Shown: one piece after another, positions 19,399-31,467 of the stretch | How the letters are laid out: each line of letters starts with the position of its first letter | How positions within the stretch are numbered: the stretch's first letter is position 1 | DNA from: Candidatus Krumholzibacteriia bacterium | GTDB taxonomy: Bacteria; Krumholzibacteriota; Krumholzibacteriia; Krumholzibacteriales; Krumholzibacteriaceae | Assembly: GCA_963836185.1 (NCBI GenBank) | Contig: CAWIIQ010000001.1 | Span: forward strand, 1,504,001-1,568,000 | DNA: 64,000 nt | Direction: 5' to 3' | Program-made: the position numbers and the translations under genes | Notes under the pieces: model-generated | The model's database searches: none | What the model was told of the DNA's origin: nothing | The model's input: only the letters and a program-made list of their open reading frames with translations

Positions 19399-22074
19399 TT
19401 GAGAAGGACGACTTATATCACAACCATTACTCTCGGTGATCCTGTTAGCTCTCAGCGCGACAGCCATGGATTCAGCTGCGGAGATCATATCACCTGAAAA
19501 ACATTTCGGCTTCAAGCCCGGAGCCGACGGCAGGCTGATCGATTACACGCAGCTGATCGAATATCTGCAGATGCTCGATGAGGCATCTCCTCGTATCCTG
19601 CTGAAAGAAGAGGGGATGTCGCCGCTCGGGCAGGAAGATGTATGTCCTCCTGGTCTCGACTGAAGAAAACATCGCCAGGGTGGAAGATCTCCGTGAAATA
19701 AACAAGAGGCTTGCCCTCGATCCAGCCATACCGGGGAGTGAAAGGGATGCCCTTATCGAAAAAGGAAGGGTATTCTTCCTCGCGACACTATCGATGCATT
19801 CGGGAGAAGTCGGACCCTCACAGGCCCTGCCCCTGATCGCGTATGATTTCGCTACGACCACCGATCCCGGAGGCGCTGCAGTGGCTCGACGATGTCGTCT
19901 ACATGGCGACCCCATGCCATAACCCCGACGGCATGGATATGACGGTCGAGCATTACAGGAAATACCACGGGACGAAGTACGACGGCGCTTCGATGCCCGG
20001 TATCTATCACAAGTATGTAGGACATGATAACAACCGCGACTTCGTCATCCTCAGTCAGAGCGACACGAAGGTCGTCGCGGCGATATACAGCACGAGATGG
20101 TTCCCCCAGGTCATGGTCGAGAAACACCAGATGGGCTCGACGGGGGTGAGGTACTTCGTGCCTCCTAACCATGACCCGATCGCCGAGAACATAGATGCCG
20201 GGATATGGAACTGGATGGGCCTGTTCGGGATGAACATGATCAAGGATATGACCAGGGCAGGACAGTCCGGAGTGGCACAGCACTATCTCTTCGATGAGTA
20301 CTGGCCCGGTTCCACCGGCACATGCAACTGGAAGAACGTGATCAGCTTCCTTACAGAGGCAGCGAGCGTACGGTACGCGACGCCGATCTACATCGAGCCG
20401 AATGAGCTGGGCGTATACGGAAAGGGTCTTTCAGAGTACAAGAAGAGCATCAACATGCCCCTGCCATGGCCGGGCGGCTGGTGGCGGCTCTCCGATATAA
20501 TAGATTATGAGATCACCTCTACAAGATCGATAATCAAGACCTCTTCGAAACACAGGAAGGATATCCTGACCTTCCGTAACGATCTCTGCATGCGGGAAGT
20601 GGAGAGGGGCAGGAGCGTACCTCCGTATTATTTTGTCATGCCGCTCAAGCAGAACGACCGCTCTGAGCTCGCCGGGCTTGTCGACCTTCTTGTCGAGCAC
20701 GGAGTGAGGGTCTCAAAACTTACCTCGGGCGTGAATGCGGGAGGAAAGGAATTCACCAAGGGCGATATCGTTGTCTCGATGTCGCAGCCTTACCGCGCGT
20801 TCGCCAAGGAGGTCATGGAGCGCCAGCAGTTCCCGCTGAGGCACTATACTCCAGATGGAGAGGTCATAAAGCCATACGATATCACGAGCTGGTCGCTGCC
20901 TCTGCACAGGGGTATAGATTCGTATGAGATGAAGGTCCGGTCAAAAGAACTCGAGGCGGCGCTGGCTCCGGTCGAGAGTGGAGACTTCTACAGGTCATCG
21001 CTCCCTGAGAAGACAGGCGGCGCCATCTTCGCGGCGGGTGACAACGAGAGCTTCAAGGCCGCTTTCGCTGCCCTCGGGGGGAAGCTTGCGGTATACAGGC
21101 TGACTTCAGCTGCCGAGATAGAGGGGAGAAGCTACGAGGCGGGGACATTCATCGTCCCTGGAAATATCAGGAAAGACAAGACCCTCGCTGGACAGGTCTC
21201 TTCGCTCATGGTAACTCCCTTTTTCACCGAAGGTGATCCACTCAGCCAGATCCCGGAAGGTGATCTTGTCAAGGTCGAGATCCCGAGGATCGCTCTGGTC
21301 GAGACATGGTTCCACGACATGGATGCCGGGTGGACGAGGTATATCTTCGATACGTACAGTATTCCATTCGAGGTCCTCAGGCCCGGAGATCTCGAGAACA
21401 CCGATCTCGCTCAAAAATTCGACGTGATACTCTTCCCGAACAATAACAAGGACCTCTTGATGAGCGGGAAGTGGAAGCGCCAGGGTTCGTACTACTCGAG
21501 CAGCTATCCTCCGGATTATGTGAAGGGGATAGGAAAGAAGGGGATGGAGAAGCTGATGGATTATCTCGATCGCGGCGGACTGATAGTCGCGTGGGGAGGA
21601 TCGTCACAACTCTTTTCCGGAACCCTGGAGATCAGTAAAGGCAAGGACGAGAAGGAAGAGTTCAACCTTCCGTTCGCGGATCTGACAGATCAGCTGCAGA
21701 AACAGGGGTTCTATTGCCCGGGAGCTATGCTTCGCGTGAAGCTCGTAGCGGATCATCCGCTCACATGGGGAATGCCCCCTGAGACAGGCGCGATGTTCAG
21801 AAGAGGAACAGCATTTTCGACATCGGTGCCGCGCTTCGATATGGACCGAAGGGTCATCGCCAGGTTCCCCGAGAAGGATATCCTGCTGAGCGGCTACGTG
21901 GAAAAGGAAAAGGCTGTCAGTAACCGGAACGCCATGATCTGGCTGCGTAAAGGAGACGGACAGCTCGTGCTGTTCGGCTTCAACCCGCAGTTCCGCGCTG
22001 GAACGGCCGGTACCTACAAGCTTCTCTTCAACGCCCTTCTACTTGGCGCCGCCGATACTATGCCGTCGCCTTAG
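19399..22074 (+). CDS. Secreted M14 zinc carboxypeptidase-like protein with C-terminal GATase-like domain (frameshifts near 19425, 19630, 19868)
   Basis: Joined ORFs 19436/19638/19843: SPEKHFGF, SMHSGEVG, NPDG, GHDNNRD, HQMG, YDITSWSLP, MDAGWTR, LFGFNPQFR. Confidence 0.82.
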
Positions 22075-22081
22075 TGCCGGG

Positions 22082-22540
22082 TCAGCGCGACCCGGTTATA
22101 TTATACAGGAACGAACAGGGATCCGGATTGGGACATTCCGGATCCTTCCTGTAACTGGCGCCGTATGTACCGCTGAAGCTGTCCGCGTTTACGTAGGTGA
22201 TCTCATAGACCACCGTGTAGTACGCATAACAGTCCGGAGGAACTACCGGGACCGTGTATTCAGGGGTATCGCCTGTTCCTGTGAGCGTGCCTTCATCCCA
22301 TTCCCCAGGAAATCCGCCGAACCATATCGAATCGCCATCGATCACTACATTCGTCATGTCGAGAGGCGGGGCTGGAACGACGCAGTTATTCGTAACCGGG
22401 ACACTTACTATCGCAAAGACGCCGCTGTAGGGCGATCCGGTATCGTCATCTCCATCTACTGGGTCCGCCGGATCATCGCTGCAGGCGGCCAGTATCGCGC
22501 AAGCGAACAGAACGATCAGCAGGGGCAGGTATTTTTTCAA
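22082..22540 (-). CDS. Hypothetical lipoprotein
   Basis: MKKYLPLLIVLFACAILAAC lipobox, SD GAGGAG, acidic linker. Confidence 0.7.
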   Translation of the reverse strand: MKKYLPLLIVLFACAILAACSDDPADPVDGDDDTGSPYSGVFAIVSVPVTNNCVVPAPPLDMTNVVIDGDSIWFGGFPGEWDEGTLTGTGDTPEYTVPVVPPDCYAYYTVVYEITYVNADSFSGTYGASYRKDPECPNPDPCSFLYNITGSR

Positions 22541-22572
22541 TGCGACTCCTCTCCTCAGGGCGACGATGATTC

Positions 22573-22902
22573 TCAGGTTCCCGGCGGGATCGGGGGGAAA
22601 TCATCAAACCAGCCGTCGCCATCTTCTTCGTTGGCTTCCGGTCCGCCGGCATAATAACAGAATTCTCGGCGTACCTGAAGGGTATTGGATTTTTCGCCGT
22701 GATGAACGAATAGAGCGAAGCGCTCAGGATCTACATATTCGCTCGTCTCCTTGTCCCTGACGGCAATCCAGACACCTTCGTCGAGGTCGCCGAGTTTTGC
22801 TATAGCCTGAATGAGTATCCTGACCGGAACGACCCACCCTTTCAAGGCGGGCTCTTCTTCCGGTTTTTGGATGAATGGAAACAGGACCCTTTCCACTGCC
22901 AT
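22573..22902 (-). CDS. Hypothetical protein
   Basis: 109-aa ORF with SD GGAGGT, co-oriented with kinase gene. Confidence 0.6.
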   Translation of the reverse strand: MAVERVLFPFIQKPEEEPALKGWVVPVRILIQAIAKLGDLDEGVWIAVRDKETSEYVDPERFALFVHHGEKSNTLQVRREFCYYAGGPEANEEDGDGWFDDFPPIPPGT

Positions 22903-22923
22903 GTTCGAACCTCCTGATAAAGG

Positions 22924-25294
22924 TCACATTCTGTCTGGTACACCGTATCTATTCCTGAACTCGATCAACGGCACGAAATCACTGTCAGCTTCCGACAGGG
23001 TCTCGAGTACCCTGTCGTAGTACTCTTTCGATGAATCAATATCGCCTTTGATCGAATACGCGTCGGACAGGATCATCATCAGCTCGGGATCGTTCGAATT
23101 AAAACGCGACAGGTCAAGGCATCGCTCTATGGCCTCGTCCGTTCTGCCTGTCTGAAGAAGGACACGGGCGTATTCCCTCCCGAAGAAGAAAAAGTCACGG
23201 GGAGATCTTCTGGCCGACTCCTGCATGGCCTCCAGCGCGCCGGCCGTCCTTGCTTCTGAGAGGAGGATGAGTCCCCGGAGATGCTCATGACGCGATGTCT
23301 CTTCGAAGACGAATGGCTTTTCCATCAGGGCAGTGAGGCGTTCGAGCTCAAAGCGGGCACTCTCAGTGTCATTATTCAGAGTGATTAACCGGACACCCCT
23401 TAGCCAGCATGCCTGCGCGGCATCGGGATCGATCCTGTCGATCAAGGCCATTTCCCTGTCGAAAGAGACCTCGTCCTTCTGTAAAAGGTAGTTTTTGGCG
23501 ATCTGAAGGTGGCCGTTGATTTTCTGTCCCTTGAAAGTCACGGAGCCGAGGTAACGATGATAATGCTCATTGGATTCACGAAGGCGTCCTGTTTCACTGC
23601 ATGACCTGCCGAGCCCTTCATGAACCGTATATGCCGGGTCATCAAGCTGCAGCAGGGTAGAATAGAGTCTGTATGCCTCTTCATGATCACCGTAAAAGAG
23701 GTATGCTCCAGCAATACTTGAAACCGGACTTGGAGAATCGGGAAGGAGATCTTTGTATTTCGTGAAAGCCTCGATCGCTTTCGAGAATTCCCCTGAGTAC
23801 AGCCAGGCTGTTCCAGTGTAGTTGTATACCTGAGCGTGCCTGCCGGTCGTGTTATCAGGGTCCTTCTCGAAAAAGAGAGCGTAATTTTCAAGCGCGCCCT
23901 CATTATCGCCTATATACCGCGAGAGGATATAACCTGTCTCGACGAACGTAGTGACAGCTTCAGGATGCGCATCGTAGTATTCCCTGAACAGTTTCAGGGC
24001 GAGGTCCCAGTTGTGAAGTACCTTTGCCTGGATTATCGTGCAGATAGCATAATCAGCTGTATTTCCCTTCCTGTCGGCGATATTCTTAGCTCGTTCGATA
24101 TATCCTGCAGCTCTCTCATAATCTCCGCCCCAGTCGTAGAATACCGCCAGCGTCTTGAGAGCATCGAGATGTTCCGGGTCCAGCTCAAGCGCGTGTTCGA
24201 TGAGCGGGATCCCTTTTGTCTGCTTACCCGAATGATATAAGTCCTCTCCGCTGGAATAGAAGACTTCAGCTTCGCTGAGTTCTCCATCTTCCACGGCCAC
24301 TTCCGTCTTTGCCGGCTCCAGGCCTCGATCCTTTCCCCCTGTGATTACATAACGCAGGATAAAGAAGATCAGTATGGCTGATACTGAGAGGGCGAAGACA
24401 GAAGTCAGTTTCCAGCCGAAAATGTGAGTGGTCCCGGCGATGAATCCCCTGCCTGTCCTGCTGTCGTCCGGGTCTCCAAAAAGACTGCGCCTTGCTTCAA
24501 TAAGGTCGTTACGCATATCCTCCATCGATCCATATCTGTCGCCCGGTGATTTGTTCAGCGCTCTTTCTATGATGCAGTCGATCTGAGGCGGTATATCCGT
24601 GCCTGCCTCGACAGCGGGAAGATGCTTGTCGTTTACAATGCTGTACAGCACTGATGCGTCGTAATCTCCTTCGAATGGTCTGCGGCCAGTCACCATCTGG
24701 TACATCAACACACCGAGGGACCAGATGTCTGAACGTGGATCGACGTGATCGTTCCGGACCTGCTCGGGTGACATGTAGGCCAGTGTTCCGGCCCCGGCCA
24801 TAGTCATGCTCCTTGTTTCGGCGCCTGACTGCTTGGCCAGCCCGAAATCCATTATCTTGACCCTGCCTTTGTCGGAAACGACCACGTTTGCCGGCTTTAT
24901 GTCCCGATGGACTATACCGGCCTCGTGCGCTGACGCCGAGCCCGTCCGCGATCTGTATCAGGATATCGAGTGACTGCCGCAGTCCCGGCTTTTCCTCGAC
25001 AAGAAGTGTGCTGAGGGTCCTTCCCTGGCAGTATGCCATCACAATAAAGAGTTTGTCGTCGAACTCTTCGACTTCATGGATGGCACATATGTTCTGATGG
25101 TCAAGAGAGGCTGCGGCCCTGGCCTCTTTCATTATCCGCTCTCGCGTGGTGCCGCCTGAAACGGATGAGGAGGAGAGGAATTTCAGAGCGACGGTCCTGC
25201 GGAGATTGATATCCTCCGCACGGTAGACCACACCCATCCCACCCTCACCGATCTTGTCGAGGATCCTGTAATGATAGACGGTTTCGCCGATCAT
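22924..25294 (-). CDS. Hanks-type Ser/Thr protein kinase with TM helix and C-terminal TPR domain (frameshift near 24936)
   Basis: [13 protein letters not shown], corrected [33 protein letters not shown]; TM segment; TPR repeats. Confidence 0.9.
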
Positions 25295-25401
25295 CTTCTC
25301 ACGAATCCGGGTTGGGGTTCAGTTGTCAGGAGTCGCCTGATTATGCTTGCCGCTTGAAATATCATACCCGAAAACCCGGTTGTTTTCAAGTAAATGCGGA
25401 G

Positions 25402-26703
25402 TTACACTCCGACGCTTTTGATGACGACCATCGTCATATCGTCCCTCTGCGGGGCCTTCCCTGCGTGCTTGACGACTTCGTCGATGACTGTGTCTATCAG
25501 GGTCATGGCCGATGCGCTGCAGTTCGCCGTTACGATGCCGGGAAGTGGATCCTCTCCGAATTCCTCTTCTTCCGGATTGATAGCCTCGCTTATCCCGTCG
25601 GAGAAGACAAGGAGGGTATCTCCCTTATCCAGTTTCACCGAATCCTCCGTATAGGTGACGTCCTCGATCGCTCCTAGAACGAGATTGCCCGTTTCAAGTC
25701 TCTCTACGGCTCCGGTCCCCCTGACGATAAAGGGAAGGTTGTGGCCGGCATTACTGTAGATCAGTTCGGAACTGCCGGGATCGAGGATTCCGAGGAACAG
25801 GGTAGAGAAGCGCTCCGGGTCGGTATTCCTGAACATGTGTTCGTTGGAGTGGTCAAGGATAGGGCCCGGAGTGGTTGCGTCGAGATTCTGGCCGCGGAGT
25901 GTCGCGAGCATGTTCGACATAAGCAGGGCCGCCGGCATTCCCTTGCCGGAGATATCGCCCAGGCAGAAGAAAAGTCTGCCGTCACCCAGCCGTATGAGGT
26001 CGAAGTAGTCACCGCCAACTGATTTCGCGGGCATGCTCTTGCCCGCCACGTCGTATCCTTCGATCATGGGCGCGCCCTTTGGAAGCAGGCCCATCTGTAT
26101 ATTGTAGGCGATCTTCATCTCTTCCTGCATCCTCATCAGGGACTGTTCCTCCTCATACAGTCTCGCGTTTTCGATCACCTGGGCGGACTGTGTCGAGATG
26201 ATGCAGAGAAGCCGCTTGTCGGTATCGGAGAATTTATTTCCGCCATACTTGTTGAAGACATTCAGAGATCCGATTATCCGTCCCTTAAGGATAAGGGGTA
26301 CGCTCAGGAGAGTCTTGATCGGGTTTTCCTCTGATTCCAGCGTCCTGAAACGATCGTCGCTGTCAAGGTCGTCGATGATGAGTGGTTTCTTGTTCTTCAG
26401 CATCCAGCCGGTTACCTGTGTGTCGAGATGGAAGGGCATATAGCCGCTGCTCTGGTCGGCTCCCCGCATTATCGTCTTGAACTGGTTATCCTGTCCGCCG
26501 TTCTCGAGAAGCGTGACTGTGCCCTGCTCGACTTTCATATGCTTGATGCATTTCTGAACGATAAGCTCGATGATCTTTTCGAGTGAGAGGGTGGAGTTGA
26601 TCGCCGTGGAGATGTCGTTGATGATCGACAGCTCCTCGACTGCGTTCTTCAACCGTTCATTCTCGGCTTCGAGCTTGTTCATCTTGCCGTTTTCATCCGC
26701 CAT
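25402..26703 (-). CDS. GAF-domain SpoIIE/PP2C-type phosphatase (RsbU-like)
   Basis: GAF (LLSVPL..IGSLNVFNK), VGGDYFD, GDISGKGMPAAL, NAGHN, SDGISEA, DDMT. Confidence 0.92.
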   Translation of the reverse strand: MADENGKMNKLEAENERLKNAVEELSIINDISTAINSTLSLEKIIELIVQKCIKHMKVEQGTVTLLENGGQDNQFKTIMRGADQSSGYMPFHLDTQVTGWMLKNKKPLIIDDLDSDDRFRTLESEENPIKTLLSVPLILKGRIIGSLNVFNKYGGNKFSDTDKRLLCIISTQSAQVIENARLYEEEQSLMRMQEEMKIAYNIQMGLLPKGAPMIEGYDVAGKSMPAKSVGGDYFDLIRLGDGRLFFCLGDISGKGMPAALLMSNMLATLRGQNLDATTPGPILDHSNEHMFRNTDPERFSTLFLGILDPGSSELIYSNAGHNLPFIVRGTGAVERLETGNLVLGAIEDVTYTEDSVKLDKGDTLLVFSDGISEAINPEEEEFGEDPLPGIVTANCSASAMTLIDTVIDEVVKHAGKAPQRDDMTMVVIKSVGV

Positions 26704-26885
26704 AGTCGTCCTCCGGTCCAGAATAGTTCCGGATATAAATGTATAATGACATTTCCTGGTTGTCATAATTTTAGAGCAAAGCCGCTACTTGTCTAATTTT
26801 TATATTGATTAGAGGCATCCGGTCAATCAAAATCGAAGCAGAGATCCACCTGAACCGACTTGATCAAGTATTCCCGGAGGCGTTT

Positions 26886-29629
26886 TTGCCGTATATCCCG
26901 CTGCATGTTCACAGCACCAACAGCCCGGGGATCGGGATGATGACCGCCTCGGAGATCGTCGATCGCGCCTCATTTCTCGGTATGCCCGCCATAGCTCTGA
27001 CGGACAACTGGAACACGTACGGGCATTATGAGTTCTGCAGGGAAGCAGCCGCTAAGGGCATCAATCCGGTCCTGGGAGCCGAGGTGCGGCATCTCTCGAT
27101 CACTGGGCATGACGGGCTTTTTCACCTCACTCTGCTCGCGGAGAACAACATCGGGTACGCGAATCTCACCAGGCTCGTCAGCCTTCATTTCGAAAAGGAT
27201 GGCCCCCCTCACGTAACGGTGGATGAACTGAAGGCCGGGAGTGAAGGGATCATAGCCCTGTCAGGGTGTATACGCGGCGAGACAAATCAGGCCGTACTTC
27301 ACGGGAATCTCGCGATGGAGAGGGAGGCGGCCGAGAAACTGCTTGAGATATATGGCAGGAACAGTTTCTTCCTCGAGATAATGACCCACAATCATGAGCG
27401 CGAGCAGCTTGTACTCGACAAGATGATCCTCTTGTCGAGGAAGCTCGAGATCCCGATGGTAGTGACGAATAACGACAGGTTTGTCTCGAAGGATGACGCC
27501 GGCTATTACGAGGTGCTGCGCAAGCTTGCAGGCGACATGGCCGTGGAAGAGACTTCCGAGACCCTTCCTGAGTATGTGCTCAAGACAAGGAAGGACCTCG
27601 AGCCGTATTTTTATTTTCTGGAAGACGCGCTTGAAGCTTCCGGAGAGATCGCTGACCGCTGTGATGTCGGCCTCATCGACGGAACAACGATATCTTTCAG
27701 CGATGATCCGAATGAGGACGTGACTCTTTCCGAGAAATGCAACAGGCGTTTTCTCCTGGAATTTCACGCGGCAGGAGCGGGTGGTTCTTACGACCTCAAG
27801 AACAGGATGATGAGTGAGCTGGAATGTGCCTCCCTCGAGGAGATGTCGGGATTCCTGCTCTTTCTCGAGAAACTGTTCCGAAGATCCAGGCGAGGCGGAG
27901 AATGGATCGAACTTGTCGGGAGCGATCTTTGCGAGAGTGTCATTGCATATCTTCTGGGCATTATCCCTCTGAATCCTGCCGAGCACGGGCTGATCTTCGA
28001 ATCATTCGGCGCGCCGGCGCCGGGAGTGCCGCCTGTCATTGAACTTCTACGGTCCAGAGGGTCGCGGGAGAGATTTATGAGTATTCTCAAGGATCTCCTT
28101 CCCGGATACCGGTTCAGTTTCCTGATGCAGAGGGAGGATTCATCATTTTCGACGCTGGTAAAGGATCTCGCTGAGAAGCTGGAAGTCGGGGAGTCGCTCG
28201 CGAACGAGATTCTCCAGTCGATCTCCCTTACGAGAAGGCGGAACGGGCTGGCGGATATTCTGGAGAGTTCGGAGCACCTGTCACACCTGTACAATACGGA
28301 CATAAAGGTTAGGAAGCTTCTTCATTCGGCGGCTGCTCTTCATGGGCGTGTCTCGCACTTCATACACAATACATCCAAGATCGTTGTATTGCCGCCTCAA
28401 GCGGAAAATAAAGTCTCATGGGTCAGTGGAGATGGCGGCGAGGAATTCATCATGCTCGACAGGGAGGCGATAGCGGCTCACGGCGGATGGAAACTCGTGG
28501 TTCAGCAGTCTCATTTCCTTTCGGCTCTGGCCGCTACGGTAAGCAGGATCCGGGCCCCGCATCCGACCGGCAACCATGAAAAGCAGGAAGAGTGGAGGCC
28601 GAGGGACCTCAATGATTCCAGTACATTCGAGATGATATGCGGAGGGGATACGGCAGGCGTGTACCTTCTGGAGAGCAGGGGGATCAGAGATCTTCTGATG
28701 ACGATAAAGCCTGACAGTTTCGATGATCTTGTAAATGTCATCTCTCTATACAGGCCTGCGCCTCTAGAGGGGAGACTCTGGCAGAAGTATGTCGAGAACG
28801 CGGACAGGAAGGGGAAGGTCTACCTCCCGCATCATTCTATTGCGGGCCCGCTGGAGATGACAAGGGGACTGCTGCTTTACAGAGAGCAGGTCAGGGAGAT
28901 CCTTCTCGAATCGGCCGGTCTGACGGGGCATGATGCTGTTTTTGTCGAAAGAGCGCTTGAGAGAAAGGGAGCATCTGACCTCCAGTCGGCCAGATTGATC
29001 TTCATACGCGGGGCCATGGAGCTGGATATAGACGAAGAGGACGCGCAGAAGATATTCGATTACCTGCTTCACAATGTAGGATTTACCTTCGACAAGGCGT
29101 TCAGCTGCACACAGGCGTACATCAGTTACAGGTCGGCCTTTCTGAAGGCTCACCACCCAGTCGAGTATTTCGCAGCGCTGCTCGATTCATCTGACGATGT
29201 TCGTGAAAGGAAGAAGAGATACCTCGAATACCTGGAGGCGAGCGGACCCAGGGTCTTCCCTCCCGATGTCAATTTCAGTGGACGCGGGTTTATCGCGGAG
29301 AAAGAGGCGATCAGGTCCCCGATGTCAGAGGTCTGCGATATGACGGGCGAAGAGATCGATACAGTGCTGGAAGAGAGGCGAAGCGGAAGCTATCAGTCGC
29401 TGGAGGATTTTCTGACCAGGATCAGCGGCAGGCTGGCGATGGAAACAGCGCTGAACATGGCTGAGTGCGGCCTCTTTGATTCGATGGGGGGGACAGAAAG
29501 GAGACCCGCGATATGGTGCTGGCTTTCTACGATGAGCACGCCAGGGCCGGGGAGTTCTTCCGGACACATGCCGATCCACTGAAACCCGATAAGGCTGACG
29601 ACGGCCAGTTGTCACTCTTCGATGACTGA
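26886..29629 (+). CDS. DNA polymerase III alpha (DnaE) paralog with degenerate active site; frameshift in G-run near 29490
   Basis: TTG start after GGAGG; PLHVHS, ALTD, GAEV, HLTLLA, LYRPAP, LKAHHPVEYFAALL, PPDVN; catalytic PDFDVD and KFDFLG motifs absent; corrected end DGQLSLFDD*. Confidence 0.82.
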
Positions 29630-29644
29630 AGCCCCTTTTTTCAT

Positions 29645-29673
29645 TTGACTTGGGCTCTGTCCGTTGCTAGATT
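29645..29673 (+). promoter_or_regulatory. sigma70-like promoter of tRNA-Glu
   Basis: TTGACT-N17-TAGATT with TG extended -10. Confidence 0.6.
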
Positions 29674-29710
29674 CCCGTAGTCAGAAAATACTATCTGCAC
29701 GCATTAGAGC

Positions 29711-29788
29711 GTCCCCATCGTCTAGCCAGGTCTAGGACACTGCCCTTTCACGGCGGCAACACGGGTTCGAATCCCGTTGGGGGCGCCA
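29711..29788 (+). tRNA. tRNA-Glu (anticodon TTC)
   Basis: Acceptor GTCCCCA/TGGGGGC, anticodon arm CTGCC-CTTTCAC-GGCGG, GGTTCGAATCC T-loop, encoded CCA. Confidence 0.96.
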
Positions 29789-29929
29789 TATCTTTATTTA
29801 CCGCATAATTATGCAGCAGTCGGTACCTTGTCGACTGCGGAACAGGCCGATACTGGCCATTTGAACTTGACCCCGGCCCCTTGTACTGGCAGAATACTGA
29901 AGTAGATGGGGATTTAACGGAGTAAATTC

Positions 29930-30586
29930 ATGTACAGGCTGAAAGTGCTGCTGATAGAGGATAACCGGCTGCTTCGAGAGGGTATTTCTGAAGCCCTGAA
30001 CGATCATGGAGATTTCGAGGTGGTCGCTGTGTCTGAGGATGGCGACGCGGTCCAGAAACTGAAGGAGTCGGGAAATCATCCTGATGTGATACTGATGGAC
30101 CTCGGGCTGGAAACGACAGACAGCCTCCATCTGATGGAGCACCTTCGTACGGAACTGCCAGAGGCACGGATAATAGCCATGGACATACTCCCGGAACAGG
30201 TGGATATAGTAGAGTTCGTAGAGGCCGGCGGTTCTGGTTTTATCCTCAAGAGCGCATCCTTGCAGGACTATGTCAATACGATCAAAGCGGTTGCGGGTGG
30301 TGAAAAGGTGCTGCCCACAATGCTGACGGCCTCTTTATTCACTCAGATCGTCGAATCCGCGCTGAATAATGGAAAAGGGCTCACTGACAGCGCCATTCAG
30401 CTGACAAACAGGGAGAAGGAGATCGTCGACCTGATCTCCGAGGGATTGAGTAACAAGGAGATCGCAGCGCGTCTCCATATAGCGACACATACGGTAAAAA
30501 GTCACGTCCACAATATCCTGGAGAAACTGACACTCAACTCGCGCCTTCAGATCGCCGCCTATGCCCGCCGGCACGAATCTGATTGA
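29930..30586 (+). CDS. NarL/LuxR-family response regulator
   Basis: LLIEDN, DVILMDL, GFILK, LTNREKEI..GLSNKEIA..HTVKSHVHNI. Confidence 0.93.
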   Translation: MYRLKVLLIEDNRLLREGISEALNDHGDFEVVAVSEDGDAVQKLKESGNHPDVILMDLGLETTDSLHLMEHLRTELPEARIIAMDILPEQVDIVEFVEAGGSGFILKSASLQDYVNTIKAVAGGEKVLPTMLTASLFTQIVESALNNGKGLTDSAIQLTNREKEIVDLISEGLSNKEIAARLHIATHTVKSHVHNILEKLTLNSRLQIAAYARRHESD

Positions 30587-30691
30587 TTTCCCTGCCTAAT
30601 CCTTTCGGACTACATCTCTTTTCATTCTTCCGGTCGATTGTACAAGCCGCCGCCGGACCTTATGCTTCAAGCAACAAGAAGGCGGTGCAAC

Positions 30692-31402
30692 GTGAACCTG
30701 AGCACACATTACTATGTCCTTTGTCTGAGTTCTCTTAAGAGTACTCTGTTTGAGGCGTTCCGGGACTCTCTTATCGAGATCGAAAACCATGGGTTTCCAG
30801 TATTGGCACCGGCAGGAACCTCATCTCCCGATGCTGGAAAAGAGCTGCTTGGTCACGCTCGCAACGTCGACAGGTGCTTCGGGAACAACTTCAGGCTTGA
30901 ACCGCTGAGAATGGTCGTGGTCGGCGAGATGGAGATACAGTCAGCATTCAGTTCAATTACAGAGCATGGTAACGGGATCATCGGGCGGATAGAAGGCGAC
31001 CATACAGATACAAGAGCGCGTGATCTGGGAAGGATCGCATGGCCCCTTGTCAAGGAGGCTATGACACGAGTGCTGGACAGGGCGTTTCTAAAGCTTGAGG
31101 CTTCTTCGGAGCGCGGAGATACAGCATCCGGAATGGAAGCAGTTGTCAGAATGGTCAAGAAGGGACTGCGAGCCACTCTTCTGGTAGAGGATGGTTATCA
31201 CATGCGGGGCAGCATCGGCGGAACGAATCATTCCCCGGTCATATCTCCTGAAGTCGATGTGCGGGAGGCTAATGATGATGCTGTCGATGTCGTCATCGAG
31301 AAAGTGCTCGAGGCCGGGGGCAATGTCATCTTCACTCCGAGTGGATCATTGAATGAAAGAAACCGGATCGTTCTGCTGCCGTACGGCGCTGGAGCTGTGT
31401 GA
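30692..31402 (+). CDS. baeRF3-like (bacterial archaeo-eukaryotic release factor family) protein, N-terminally short
   Basis: YYVLCLS, PLRMVVVG, IGRIEG, ATLLVEDGY, DDAVDVVIEKVLEAGGNV, typical of the eRF1-domain-3-like C-terminus. Confidence 0.65.
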   Translation: MNLSTHYYVLCLSSLKSTLFEAFRDSLIEIENHGFPVLAPAGTSSPDAGKELLGHARNVDRCFGNNFRLEPLRMVVVGEMEIQSAFSSITEHGNGIIGRIEGDHTDTRARDLGRIAWPLVKEAMTRVLDRAFLKLEASSERGDTASGMEAVVRMVKKGLRATLLVEDGYHMRGSIGGTNHSPVISPEVDVREANDDAVDVVIEKVLEAGGNVIFTPSGSLNERNRIVLLPYGAGAV

Positions 31403-31467
31403 CGATCTTTATAAAATGTCATGGGCTGCCGCGATGGAGGCGCCTGCAATAAATACAAGGAGAAAGA

